From Mobula hypostoma (Eukaryota), in contig NC_086097.1 of assembly GCF_963921235.1 (NCBI RefSeq), forward strand, positions 134,790,001-134,854,000: a DNA stretch of 64,000 nucleotides, read 5' to 3'. Position numbers and translations under genes: made by a program. Shown here piece by piece: positions 23,704 through 35,529 of the stretch. Within the stretch, counting starts at the first letter, position 1, and each line of letters starts with the position of its first letter. The notes beneath the pieces were generated by a model. The model worked only from the letters and a program-made list of their open reading frames with translations. It was not told the origin of the DNA and ran no database searches.

Positions 23704-26700
23704 TAACCTTATTGCCTCAGTCATTTGTTGAAATGGAATAACTACTAATTTACTAGAAGACATCAATTTATTTCTAGTTCATCTGCTTGAGCTAGTGCAG
23801 TGAAGTAGAAAAGTGCAGCTTTGCATTACATTTCATCCCCAAATTTCTAAGCAACTGGAGGAAAGTTTAGGCGTTATTCATTTCTGTGAATGACAATGTA
23901 CTCAAATGAATACAATGAACAGACTTGCCATGATCACAAGCTAAACTTTTAGCAGAATATATCAAGCTGAATTATTAGTATCTCACTGTTCCCTACAGAT
24001 CTGGCTTTCTCCACTACATTTGGAAGTCCTTGTTTTCTAATCTCCAATTCTCAAAGACAAAATGACTCATTGTTGGCCCACATCTAAGTGCTCAAACTTT
24101 TACACCAAGTAGTGTTATAATAGTCAGAACATTGCCAAAAAAATTAACCAGAGGAAGGTTTTGTATTAAAAGGGCTGCGGGCACAGCCATGAAAAGGTTT
24201 GCAAAGACAGGGAAAGAACTGGTTTCTAGTAGCCCATGTTACCTCTAATTCAGGATGTTCCAAAGACCTTTACAACCAATAAACTATTTTTGAAGAGTAA
24301 CTATTGCTGTCCTTTATAGTCAGTATTTGTACACAGCAAAATCCCACAGGGTGCAGGAAAAATTCTTTGCTCTTTTATACCTACCATTGAGGACAATCAG
24401 GGCTGTGCTTTCACCAACACTGTAGTAGTCCCTCAGTACAGCAATGAAATGTCATTCAAGAACTTTGTCTTCCAAGTCTCTGGAGTAGGACTCAAAATCT
24501 TCTTATTCAGAAATATAATAATACAACTATATACTTGAGTGATTCAGATTTATACTCTAGTATGATACATTCCATCACCATCTGTGCTGAACAAAGACAT
24601 ATTTGGCTCAGTACTTATTTTGAAAACTGCACCTTAAATAGGCAGAAATATAATTAAAATGAGGTTACTTCCAGTTCCATTTGGTGGCACTGGATTTCAC
24701 TGTAAATTGGAAAAGGTCGTCAAGGGGCACACTTTTTTTTTGCTGTGTGAAAGGTGCAGAGCACAATTACCTGCAAACTCTTACTGCACATTGAATGTGG
24801 GTCAAAATTATACTTAACTTCCTTTGAGATGCTGCATCCCAATGATTGCTAATATTCTCGTTTAATTCTTCCTGCTAAATAACAGCACTGGTTCTGACAA
24901 AGGGTCTTCGTATGAAACATTAACCGCTTCTCTCCATAGAAGCTGCCTGACCTGCAGAATCTTGTGTTTATGATTGTGAGCTAATGTGCTTTCATTTCCT
25001 CAAATCCTATCCCCTTCCCTGCTCATTGTGTCCAATTGACCTATGATATATAAATGATCACACTCTTTTACAGTTGTAGAGCAGTCACATTATTGACTCA
25101 GTAATGCAGGTGTCTAGCTAAGTGCTCTTGAAGCATGTGTTTGAAGATATTTACATCCAAATTAAAATCCAACCATGGAAGAGGAATTAAAATTGAATTA
25201 ACCATGCTTTGAAATAAAAACTTGGTATCAGTTTTGTGGTCACCATTACTAATCGGATTGTTGTAAAATATTGTTGTTCACAAATTGGAGAGAGCAGTGT
25301 CTGTCCTCCCCCACCCAGCCTGACTTGTTTACAACACTAGACCCACAGTAATACATCACTAATTACTTTCTGATGTGATAAGACTGAAAATGTTGCCGCA
25401 AGTTTAAATTGCCTCAGAATTCACCCACTGTTGTAATCTTTCACAGTATTATCTGGAGATTTGCATTTTTGTGGATAGAAATATGCAGACAACTTCCCAA
25501 GGTCACCAAAACTAGCCTTTTGGGCACGCTCCAATGCAGGTGCCAGTAAGCTCTGGAACTTCCCTTGTCTCAGCCTCTGCCAGAGCCTTCCTTAAAACTA
25601 ATGACTTCGACCAATCTTTTACTCACGTGCCACAAAGTTTTAAGATGTCAAATTTTGTTCCCATGTGTCTCTTAGCTCCCACAAATAATAGTCACTGGGA
25701 GATAACTCTTTATAAACTTTTACAATGCTGTAGTGCCTTTCAAAAAATATTCAGGATGAACCAATGAAACTTGAAGCAGTGACTCTTGTGGTGCACTAGT
25801 TAAATTCAACACAGGAAGCTCCCACCAATAATATTTCGTAATTCCAATTTTTTTTGTGACCTTGACAGATAAGTATTTCCCAAAACACCAGTTGTCATTC
25901 CCCAGCTCTTCCAACAGAACCACTGAATGATTGAAGAAGACGGAGCTTCAGTTTAAGGCTTCACCCACACAGGATTGAACTGGAGTCAACACTAGTCTCT
26001 ATACAATACAGGGTTCAGCCTGACCGGGCATTACATTGACATCCATGCTTGGGCAGCCAATTCACCAGTAAATTAGCTGGGAATAAAATAAATGAGGAAC
26101 TGGATGGCCTAATTCCATTTCTATGCAGTCAAACAATCTGGATTATCAACTGTGGATTTAAGTCTTGCTATTCCCAATTGTTTCTGTAGTGCCAACTTTC
26201 TAACTCGTCACTATGCTATATCTTTATTCTCACTGCCACCCCCATTCATTATTGAAGCTGCATCTGTATTATCCTCATCTCCCTGGCATGTGTTAAGTGA
26301 CTATTATGTAGCATATAATAGATGTTCAAATTTAAACTGAAAACTACAATTAAAAACAACTGAAAATAAACACAATTTGATTATGGTTTATAAATTACAA
26401 GGACTGATTACACAAACAACTGTAGCATTGCTTAGAATTTATAAAACTTACAGGAAGATTTCACCTAAGTTTACAGTACATTAAAAGGAAAATAAAAGGT
26501 TTATTTCATATTTTATAGCTTTGGGACATGGTCTTATATTTAAAAGATGGATTTTTCAAAAAGTGATGTTAAGAAAGACTTGATCCAATCAGATGTCAGG
26601 ACAAATTTCAGGAGATAATTAACCTCGACCTGTTACTGTGAAAAAAATGGAAGAGCCTGTGCCAAAAGGTCCTAACAACTACTATATTGCTGAAAGTTTG

Positions 26701-27389
26701 CAGCAGGCCTTATGGAATGCCTATAAACATCATAGGATACCTCAGCCTCAGCTCACAGCTGGAATTTCCAGTGCTAGATATAAGGAAATATGTAGCCTTC
26801 ATTTTATGAGAATTTGAGAAACCTTCTCATAAATGTAAAGTTCTTCTGAGCGAGGTCCAAGGAAACACCATCAGATAAACATTCACCATTCCCATCACAA
26901 AGCACCCCCAATAGGGATTCCTAAGAGCTTGAAGGAGAAAGGATTCAAAATATGAATGGAACCAATGCAGAATTTAACATATCCTAATTGTTCCAACATC
27001 AAGGGCATCTTCAAGGTGCTTCAAAGGGGTGACATCCATCACAAAAGCCCCTCATCATTCAGAACACCAAATTTCACATCAATGACATCAGAGATAATAA
27101 ATCTGACTCTGATACAAACCTGATTCAAGGATTAATGATTTTGAAATAAATTCCAGAAAAAGGCAATTTGGTTTTAAGACCTTTGTACCTGAACTAATGG
27201 ATTCACTCTTGGTCAGTGCTTAAGTGACTGTGAAGATCTGAAAGCAATGAGAAGTGGAAAAAGGCACAACTTGTACCATGAAAGATACTTAACAGTTGAG
27301 TTTTGTGGAGCATCAGCAGACATGAAACTTACGCCGATTATCAAATGTCATTAACATTTATTAGCTATAGTCTCCCAAGATATCAGAAT

Positions 27390-28185
27390 TTATTTATTTA
27401 TTTTGAGAACAGGCCTTTCCAATCCTTCGAGCTGCACCATTCAGTTACCCTCGATTTAACCCAACTAATCATTGGATGATTTACAATGGTCTGCCTCTAG
27501 AGATGCTGTTCATTTTGTATGCAGTTCATTATGTACGAACTTCACTTCCAGTCTGTTAACTTTTTTTAAAAACATCAATTTCCCGTGCGGGATAATTAGG
27601 ATTTTGACTTGGAGCAAACATGGTAGAAAGAATCCATCGCCATCCATTCTTTATTTGCCCTTGAAACAGTAATATTTGTGAGTCTTAAGCTTTCTTAATA
27701 TTGCTAAACATTTAGTAGATGTACTTTGAAGGTAGTATTATGTTTATCATTCATTGCTATTAAACTATTTTTGCACCACAAGTTTGCTCTAGTCCACAGC
27801 ATAACTATAGAATGTTCTTGGTGTGTATTACCTTGCTCAATACTGATAATGAGAATAATCGATAATATTAGTATATTCAGGTGTGCAACGATTCGGTACT
27901 GAATCTTAATTTTCTGCAGTTTCACAAAGTTTTCTTTATTAAAAACCCTGAAGAAGCTTCTGGCTTGGGTGATTATTTTTGAGGTGGTGTTTAACTTCCT
28001 GTATGCAACGCACTGCGAGGGAAGTAGATACAATAACCAATTAACCTACTAACTGGCACTTCTTTAGACCATAGGCAGAAACCGGAGAAAACCCACATTT
28101 TCCATGACGCTTTATAGATGATGTCAGAATTGAACTCCGAGCTGTAATACCGTGGCACTAACCACTATGCTACCATGGCGCCCCA
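27390..28185 (-). mobile_element. V-SINE split by a 541-bp insertion (27488-28028)
   Basis: 27390-27487 plus 28029-28185 are colinear with the SINE at 57770-58005; TACAAT is duplicated at 27482-27487 and 28029-28034. Confidence 0.55.
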
Positions 28186-28906
28186 ACCTCCAAAAGCACT
28201 CTTCTTCGCCGTGAATCAACAGCCTCACCATTCAAAACACTTCCAACTGAAGTACTTGGAATGTACATGACAACAAGAATTTAACTTTTTCTTTTGCAAA
28301 ACAAGATAGGTATACAGAAAAGTAAGAAAGATACATGATCATTGCCTGCCATTACAGATCATTACAGTCAATGAAGACACACACACACTTGATGTCTACA
28401 TTAATATGTACATTTTCATAGTTTCTCATATTTCTCTTATTGCTAAGATGATTGGGCACCCACAGGCTGAATGGAATAAAAATAATATCAAGGCGACTTG
28501 TGAAGTTACAATGACTGGTACTATTTAAATAGCAGATGAACTACAAAAGCCAAGAACACAAAGTGAATAAGAGGATTAATAGGTTTGTTACTAATACGAC
28601 AGCATCCAGAATCTTGTGCACAACATGGCTGGTCCCCAAAAAGTGGGGAAAGATGGTGCCAAGGCAAATGTGCTGGTGTAGTTGCCATTTGTTGTAACTG
28701 AGACAGAGCGAATTGGCCATTTGGATAATTGATTTTCCAATGATTTGGAACAGATACATGAAAAAGAATGAAATTAACTTTAAGTAGCAGGTCAAACTGA
28801 CCATGGATAAACTGCTTTGCAATAGGGTTTAACAAAGAAAGGATCCCTTGTGTGCAAGTCAAGTTTTGTGGAATGCCTTTATTGGCTACCCTATATCCTA
28901 AACCAT

Positions 28907-29010
28907 CAGTTAGTCCTGACGAAGGGTCTCGGCCTGAAACGTCGACTGCGCCTCTTCCTATAGATGCTGCTTGGCCTGCTGCGTTCACCAGCAACTTTGA
29001 TGTATGTTGT
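28907..29010 (+). mobile_element. 104-bp solo PLE 3' end consisting of a hammerhead motif (28912-28947) plus terminus
   Basis: 13-bp TSD TATCCTAAACCAT at 28894-28906 and 29011-29023; near-identical to 10369-10470. Confidence 0.9.
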
Positions 29011-29974
29011 TATCCTAAACCATTTCTAGTTTTCAAAAATCAAACAACTTCTGCTAAATTTAAGACAAGTGTCGATCAGTTTCATGAGTGGATATTAAAA
29101 ATACTCAAAAATTATTAAGCAGGAAGGGCACTTAGAGGTGGCATAGACTCAATGGCCCAAATGGCCCCATTTGGTGTCAGAAATACATAGATAATTCAAC
29201 TGTACTGACGTTGAAGGCATCATAAGTTGATGATTGAAAACGCAACATTTACTGTTTATGCCAAAAAGAGAAGACTTGCATTAGATAGAAATGTTATAAA
29301 GTATATTCAATTTAGTTGAAACTTTGCCATTGATTTCACTGCAGGATTTGATATTGGTTTCAGGATCAGTAAACAAAAATACCTGTTGCAAAACCTGCAA
29401 ACCAAATCAAACCTACCATCCTTTCTTAATTAAACTTCCTGAAAACAGAAAAGAATTTCTGGTTTTCAGTGACATTTTGTAGCTTGGCATTGTTGGGGAC
29501 CAATCTTCGTCATGGATATTTAATACAAGGATCTCAATCTCAAACATCAGAGCAAAAAAATTAAACTGGTGCATGAAGTCTTCAGCAGGATTATGGATTT
29601 GAGGTGTGCTAACAAGCACCTTCCAATCAGCAGTATAGAGCACAAAAAACTTAAATTCTGTATCACCATTTCATATACGGCCAAAGGGAATATATTACTA
29701 CAATGGCCAACATCTACAGTAAGTTCCCAGCCAGATGGGCCCTCAACTGGGTGATTAAATGTCGATCCAGACAGTCCACTGGGTCACAGTAAAACAAGAA
29801 ATTCAATTCTCTATTTGACTATATCAGTGGAAGTGAGATTGTGATCACCATTGTCTGGAGCTGCTCTGTGCCATACAATCACTGTTAGCTCCCATAACTT
29901 GCAGTTGCAAACACCGGTTGAAAGAAAAGGCTGTATGTATTTTTCCAAACAGTTTCAAGTGGAAATGCCAAGTA

Positions 29975-31677
29975 ATCCATTCCATTTTGCCTACTGGCAC
30001 AAAAGGTCCACAGCAGATGCCATTTCACTGGCTCTTCACTCAACCCTGCAACATCTGAACAGCCAGGATGCACAAATCAGGATGCTTTTTATCAACTACA
30101 GCTCGGTATTCATTCCACCGAGATGCAGCACAGAGCGTCACAGAGTCATTCCTGCCTGTGGCCATCAAACTTTACAACTCCTCCCTTGGAGGGTCAGACA
30201 CCCTGAGCCAATAGGCTGGTCCTGGACTTATTTCATAATTTACTGGTATAACTTACATATAATATTTAACTATTTATGGTTCTATTACTATTTATTATTT
30301 ATGGTGCAACTGTAACAAAAACCAATTTCCCCCGGGATCAATAAAGTATGACTATGACTATCATCCCCTCAAAACTAATCAGTAAGCTTCAAGACCTTGG
30401 TCTCAAAACCTCCTTGTGCAACTGGATCCTCAACTTCACTTGCAGACAGCAATCTCAGATTGGCAACATCTCCTCCACAATCACCATCAGTACAGATGCA
30501 CAGCCCCAAGGCCATATTTAAGTTTGCTGATGACACCACTGTTGTAGGCCAAATCTATGGTGGAGAGGAATCAGCATACAGGAGGGATATTGAAAATCTG
30601 GCCGAATGGTGCCACAACAAACTCTTACTCATTGTCAGCAAGACCAAGAAGCTACACACACATGCTGGAGGAACTCAGCAGGCCAGGCAGCAACTATGGC
30701 AAAAGGTACAGTTGACGTTTTGGCCCAAAATGTCAACTGTACTTTTTTCTATAGATGCTGCTTGGCCTGCTGAGTTACTCCAGCACTTGTGTGTGTTGCT
30801 CACATTTTCAGCATCTACAGATTTTCTGTTTGTGATTTGAAGTCTAAGGAGCTCATGATTGACTTCAATGAGCCTGACCTCATTGGAGGATCAGAGGTGG
30901 AGTGGGTCAGCAACTTTAAATTCCTTGGTATTATCATTTCAGAGGACCTGTCCTGGGCCCAGCACTTTAGAGCAATTATGAAGAACTATGACAGTGCCCC
31001 TATTTCCTTAGAAGTTTGCAAAGGTTCAGCATGGCATCAAAAACTTTGACAAACTTCTACAGATGTGTGGTGGAGTGTGTATTGACTGGCTGTATCACAG
31101 CCTGGTATGGAAAAACCAGTGCCCTTGAATGGAAATCCCTACAAAAAATAGTGGATATGGCCAAGACCATCACGGGTAAGGTGCTCCACACCATTGAGCA
31201 CATCTACACGGAGTGGTGTCACAGAAAAGCAGCGTCCATCATGAGGGACTCCCACCAAGGTCATACTCTCTTCTCGCTGACACCATCAAGGTGGTGGTAC
31301 AGGAGCCTCAGGACTCACTACCATCAAATTCAGGAAGTTATTACTCCTCAAACATCAGGTTCTTGAACCAAAGGAGATAACTTCACTTGCCCCATCACTG
31401 AATTGCTCCGACAACCCATGGACTCACTTTCAAGGACCTTTCATCTCATGTTCTTGATATTCATTGCTTATTTATTATTTCTTTTTGTTTCCCACTTTCT
31501 TTTTGTACTTGCTCAGTTTATTGTCTTTTGCACATGGGTGTATGCCCAGTTGCTGCAATCTTTCATTGGTTCTATTATGGTTATTGGATTTATTGAGTAA
31601 GCCCACTAGAAAATGAATCTCAGGGTTGTATATGGTGACATATGTACTTTGATAATAAATTTACTTTGACCTTTGAA
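29975..31677 (+). mobile_element. Rex1/Babar-type LINE with two nested inserts
   Basis: [51 protein letters not shown]; nested LINE 3' end at about 30112-30360 with an (ATGACT)n tail and a mini-PLE at 30654-30840. Confidence 0.85.
30654..30840. mobile_element. Older palindromic mini-PLE
   Basis: Imperfect palindrome centred near 30723; degenerate 13-bp TSD AGACCAAGAAGCT (30641-30653) and AGTCTAAGGAGCT (30841-30853). Confidence 0.75.
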
Positions 31678-31829
31678 CACCAATCTGGTTGTTTTATCAG
31701 AAATTATATTTCCACCATTTTGTACAAGAAAATTAAATCATTAAGAGCCATAGTTTACTTTTAAAACATTATTAAGGTGCTAAATAACCACATCTATTTG
31801 GATCAGCATTTAGAACTTGGCTGCCCTTT

Positions 31830-32032
31830 GGACTGAGAGGGAGGAAGAAGAGAGGGGAAGCAGAAAGCACAAGTGCAGTAGAATGGGAACAGTGAGGTAG
31901 ATTGAGAGGCAGAGAGAGGAAAAGAGAAGGGAAAGTTTGAAAGGTAGAAAGGACCTGAGAACATAAACAGAATAGCTGGGAAGAGAAAAAGGAAGGAGAG
32001 AGGAAAAAACAAGTATGGAAGAAATGAAAGAA
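31830..32032. repeat. Purine-rich (A/G) low-complexity tract in the probable FAM91A1 3' UTR
   Basis: Almost entirely A/G on the plus strand, about 60 nt downstream of the stop codon. Confidence 0.6.
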
Positions 32033-32091
32033 ACAGCACTACCGTCTGACACTTCCTTATTAAGATGTACAGTACAACTATGGAAACGTGT

Positions 32092-32265
32092 TTAATTAGT
32101 TTGGTCCATGTGCAAATTTGCAATATGTACAGGTAAGGGTGACCGTCTAACCCATTCAGATAGAACACCATCTCTGAAGATCAGGCTCTTGGCTGGAAGA
32201 GGAACTCCCGCATCAATGGACGATGTCTGAGGAAATAAAGTTGTCCCATCTGATTCACCGGTTTC
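32092..32265 (-). CDS. FAM91A1: FAM91A1 terminal coding exon (ETGESDG...GVPLPAKSLIFRDGVLSEWVRRSPLPVHIANLHMDQTN*)
   Basis: AG acceptor, phase 0, 174 nt, TAA at 32094-32092; matches the FAM91A1 C-terminus GVPLPAKNLIFKDGVLSEW. Confidence 0.93.
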   Translation of the reverse strand, partial: ETGESDGTTLFPQTSSIDAGVPLPAKSLIFRDGVLSEWVRRSPLPVHIANLHMDQTN

Positions 32266-33229
32266 CTAAACACATAACAACAGCAGTTATGTGGAACATT
32301 CCACAGAAATACAACACCACAGATACACCCATTATATTCTGATTCCTCATCTACCTCATCTGCGACTTTTGTGAAATTTACACCGAGTTTGGTTCAGGAG
32401 TTTGTTTGCCATGGAGATGGGGGTGGGAGGAGAGAAGAGGCAGAAATAATTCATATTTCACTCCAGCAAGGGCATATTTTTAAGGGGGAGCTGGAAAAAC
32501 ACATGTGGAGGAACAGATTATAGTCAGATGGTGGGAGGAGGCAGCCAGTGTAGAGCACAAACAGTACAATGTTTAAGTTTGGCCAAATTACTTGTTTCAA
32601 GGCAATTTTGGAACTTCTGAACAATTGATTTGATAGGCATTGAGGTGCTGGATGTTAATGCTGAGACAATTGGTTAATGTCATACTCCCAGGCCAGCTGC
32701 ATCGCTGTTAGCTCCCAACACACTCCATTCCATACTTTGGGTCCCATTTCAATTAAAAACTTATGCATCATCTCCCCACAGCCATTCCAGCTATGAATCC
32801 AACATTGGCGAGTGGTAATTTGGAGCAACAAACTTCTGGAGAAACTCAGTGTGTAGAGGAGAATCTGTGCAATGAAAAGAATTATTGACATTTCGGGTCA
32901 AAATCCTACATCACCACAAATGTCAACAATTCCTTTTCTCCTACGAGAAGAATACTTTCCCCCTCACTCAATCAGCAGAGTTTTTCCAGCAGATTGTTTG
33001 CTGCTCCAGACTACAGCATTTGCAGTCTCTTGTGTCTCAATGGTTGAATTTAGTCTGCCAAATCCAAAATTTGTTATTGTTATAGCCAAGAGTAGATTTT
33101 CAGTCTGGATTTGAACCATATCTCAAAGGAAATAGAGTTCTGTCTAATTCTTCTTTATATCCCAATAACACGTGTTAAAAAATATCAAACAGCTCTGTAA
33201 ACATTTGAATGCAAGCAGCTAATTTATAC

Positions 33230-33299
33230 CTGGAATGACTGTACAAAGCTGAGGACTTGCAGAGATAACTTCCTACTGGAATGCAAGAGTTTCTGAAGG
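33230..33299 (-). CDS. FAM91A1: FAM91A1 exon (LQKLLHSSRKLSLQVLSFVQSFQ)
   Basis: 70 nt, AG/GT, phase 2 to 0. Confidence 0.94.
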
Positions 33300-35097
33300 C
33301 TGTGGAAAAATGATAATCATTATTGGTTTATTTTTGTCACATACCAAGATACAATGACAACACAGTATATTAAGAATCTGCACAGGCAAGATAAAAAGAG
33401 CAAATATATCTACTTATAGCACCAACTTCCATAAGGACAAAGGGTCTAAATTGTTATGGAAGATTAATGAACAATTTGGAGCAGGCAACTAGAATGGGGG
33501 TTTTTCAATGCTTTTACAAGTTTTAAACTCTGCCACCACATCAAATAGATACCAGAATTATATTATGACCTGTAAACTTAATCCAAGCCCTGTACTCCAT
33601 AAGCAACAGTTCCAACTCCGTGCCCCGCCCCCCACTTTTGATATTTTGAGCTATCCTTACAAACTGAACTGCTTTAACTCATCCAAGAATGTCAGATTTG
33701 CATCATCTAAATCCTCTATCTGCAGCAACTTGTCCAAAGGTAAGCGAGTACCAAGTAATAACATTTAAAACCATTGTAGAACAGTAGCATGGGTCACCCG
33801 GAGGCCTAATGGTCTGTAATTCTAGAACCAATAATGTTGCCTAAGTATTTCAACTGACCCTTACCAACAATTTACATATAACTTTGGGTTTAAGTTTTCA
33901 GCACATGATCCCAGTATTGATCAATATTTCAACATTAGGGGTATCCCACTATCTCTTTCTCATGCATGCTCTCAGCACAACACCACAGCTTAAATTATTG
34001 GCTCATACTAGGTTGAAAGGGTTATTGAGTTTCCTGTCTTTTGTTTAATGGTGAAGAGAATGTCAAGCTGCAATGTTCATTTAAGGATGTGGCTCAAACT
34101 TGCTTCTTATTTTAAGTTCATAGGGATGATTTTAGGGGCACTGTGGAGAATTAGAGGACAGAGATGTGGGGAGTTAGAAGTAGGATCAATAAATGAAGAG
34201 TCAAAGGCAGAACCTGGAGTCTGCACTCCATGGTAGACGGCCAGTGATCCCTGTGAACAGATGTCAGGTCAGAAGGCACTGAGATAGAGAACCGCGACCC
34301 ACGTGGTCAATGACCAAAGTTGACAGGCTCAATGGACGAGGGTGGAGAAACTTGCATGTTGGGGAGTCCCAGGATTGGAGGTCCACATCAGCAGGAGGAG
34401 TGAGGGCCAGGAAATCCCCACCCTCTCGTTGGTGAGTCCTGGGGTTGGGGGTCCATCTGCAACCAGAGCTCGAAGCCCCATAATATGTGGGTGAGAGAGT
34501 GAGTGAGAGACACACAGAGAGAAAAGGGGCTTATTTGCTGTTATTTTGTTGCATTTATAATGTGTTGTTGTTGCTTGTGTTGTTTTGCTGAACATGGTGG
34601 GAATGTGTGCTGACACTTGTGGGCTGTCCCAGAACATCCTCACATTATGTTGGTCATTAATGCAAATGATACATTTCACTATGTTTCGATGTATGAATGA
34701 TAAATAAATAAATGTAAAATAAGTGAATCTGAAGTACACACAAAAAATGGCAGGTATACATTTGGATTACTATTGGTAAAAATCTCCCATTGTTTGTCAG
34801 GTTACGAACAGAGTTATTCAATGTGATAGGATTAACTTTATACAAGCATGAGTTTTGAGAAATAACAGCAGTGTGATCACTCGAGTCCAGTATGATGTTC
34901 TCTAAAGAGTGGTTTATTGGTGGGTCCTCACGTAGTTGTAGAGGCCAATACAGGCTCCAATTATTCCACTGCAGTGTGGGGAAGCACAAGTGGTGGCTGT
35001 GGTGAGTGGCTGGGTATTCTGGTTGTTCAGTTTCCCCTTTCACAGCTGCAGCTTGGTCTCTTGTAGCACAGTTCCCTTTTGAACAGATTTCCTCCAG

Positions 35098-35375
35098 GTG
35101 CAGCACAGCTTTTAGCACAACACTCTTACAGCTTGGGGTATCAGAGTTCAGAGTTCAATTCCAGTGCCGCCTGGAAGTAGTTTGTATATCCTTCCCATGA
35201 GTGCGAGGGTTTCCTCCATGTTTTTCCGTTTCCTCCCACAGTTCAAAGACGTACTGGTTAGTGGGTTAATTTGGCATGCTAAATTGTCCCATGACCAGAC
35301 TAGAATTGAATAGGTGGATTATTGGGTGGTGTGGCACATTGGGTCACAAGGGCCTATTCCGTGCTGTATCTCTAA
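35098..35375 (+). mobile_element. V-SINE (tRNA-derived head, V-domain core)
   Basis: B-box-like GAGTTCAATTCC and V-domain GGGTTTCCTCC...TTTCCTCCCACAGTTCAAAGAC. Confidence 0.75.
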
Positions 35376-35529
35376 AAAGTATCTTCCCAGTTTTTAGATG
35401 TCATGGTGAATTTCATCAAGCTGATTTTGATGTTATCTTTGAAGCATATTTTTTTTTGCCCACCAGGGGCTCACTCAACTTCCTACAACTGGAAGTAAAG
35501 GATCTGTTTGTGAGACGTGAGTAATGTGT

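Noticed and set aside
27560..27660. KEWMAMDS resembling CNDP KEWVAIES
   Set aside because: Short chance match with the wrong phase, inside an insertion in a SINE; the real exon is found elsewhere.
28521..29754. Hydrophobic ORFs suggesting a membrane-protein gene between CNDP and FAM91A1
   Set aside because: No recognisable homology or consistent exon chain; the longest ORF is partly built from the PLE insert.
35098..35175. tRNA gene
   Set aside because: The B-box-like motif belongs to a V-SINE head and no cloverleaf is evident.
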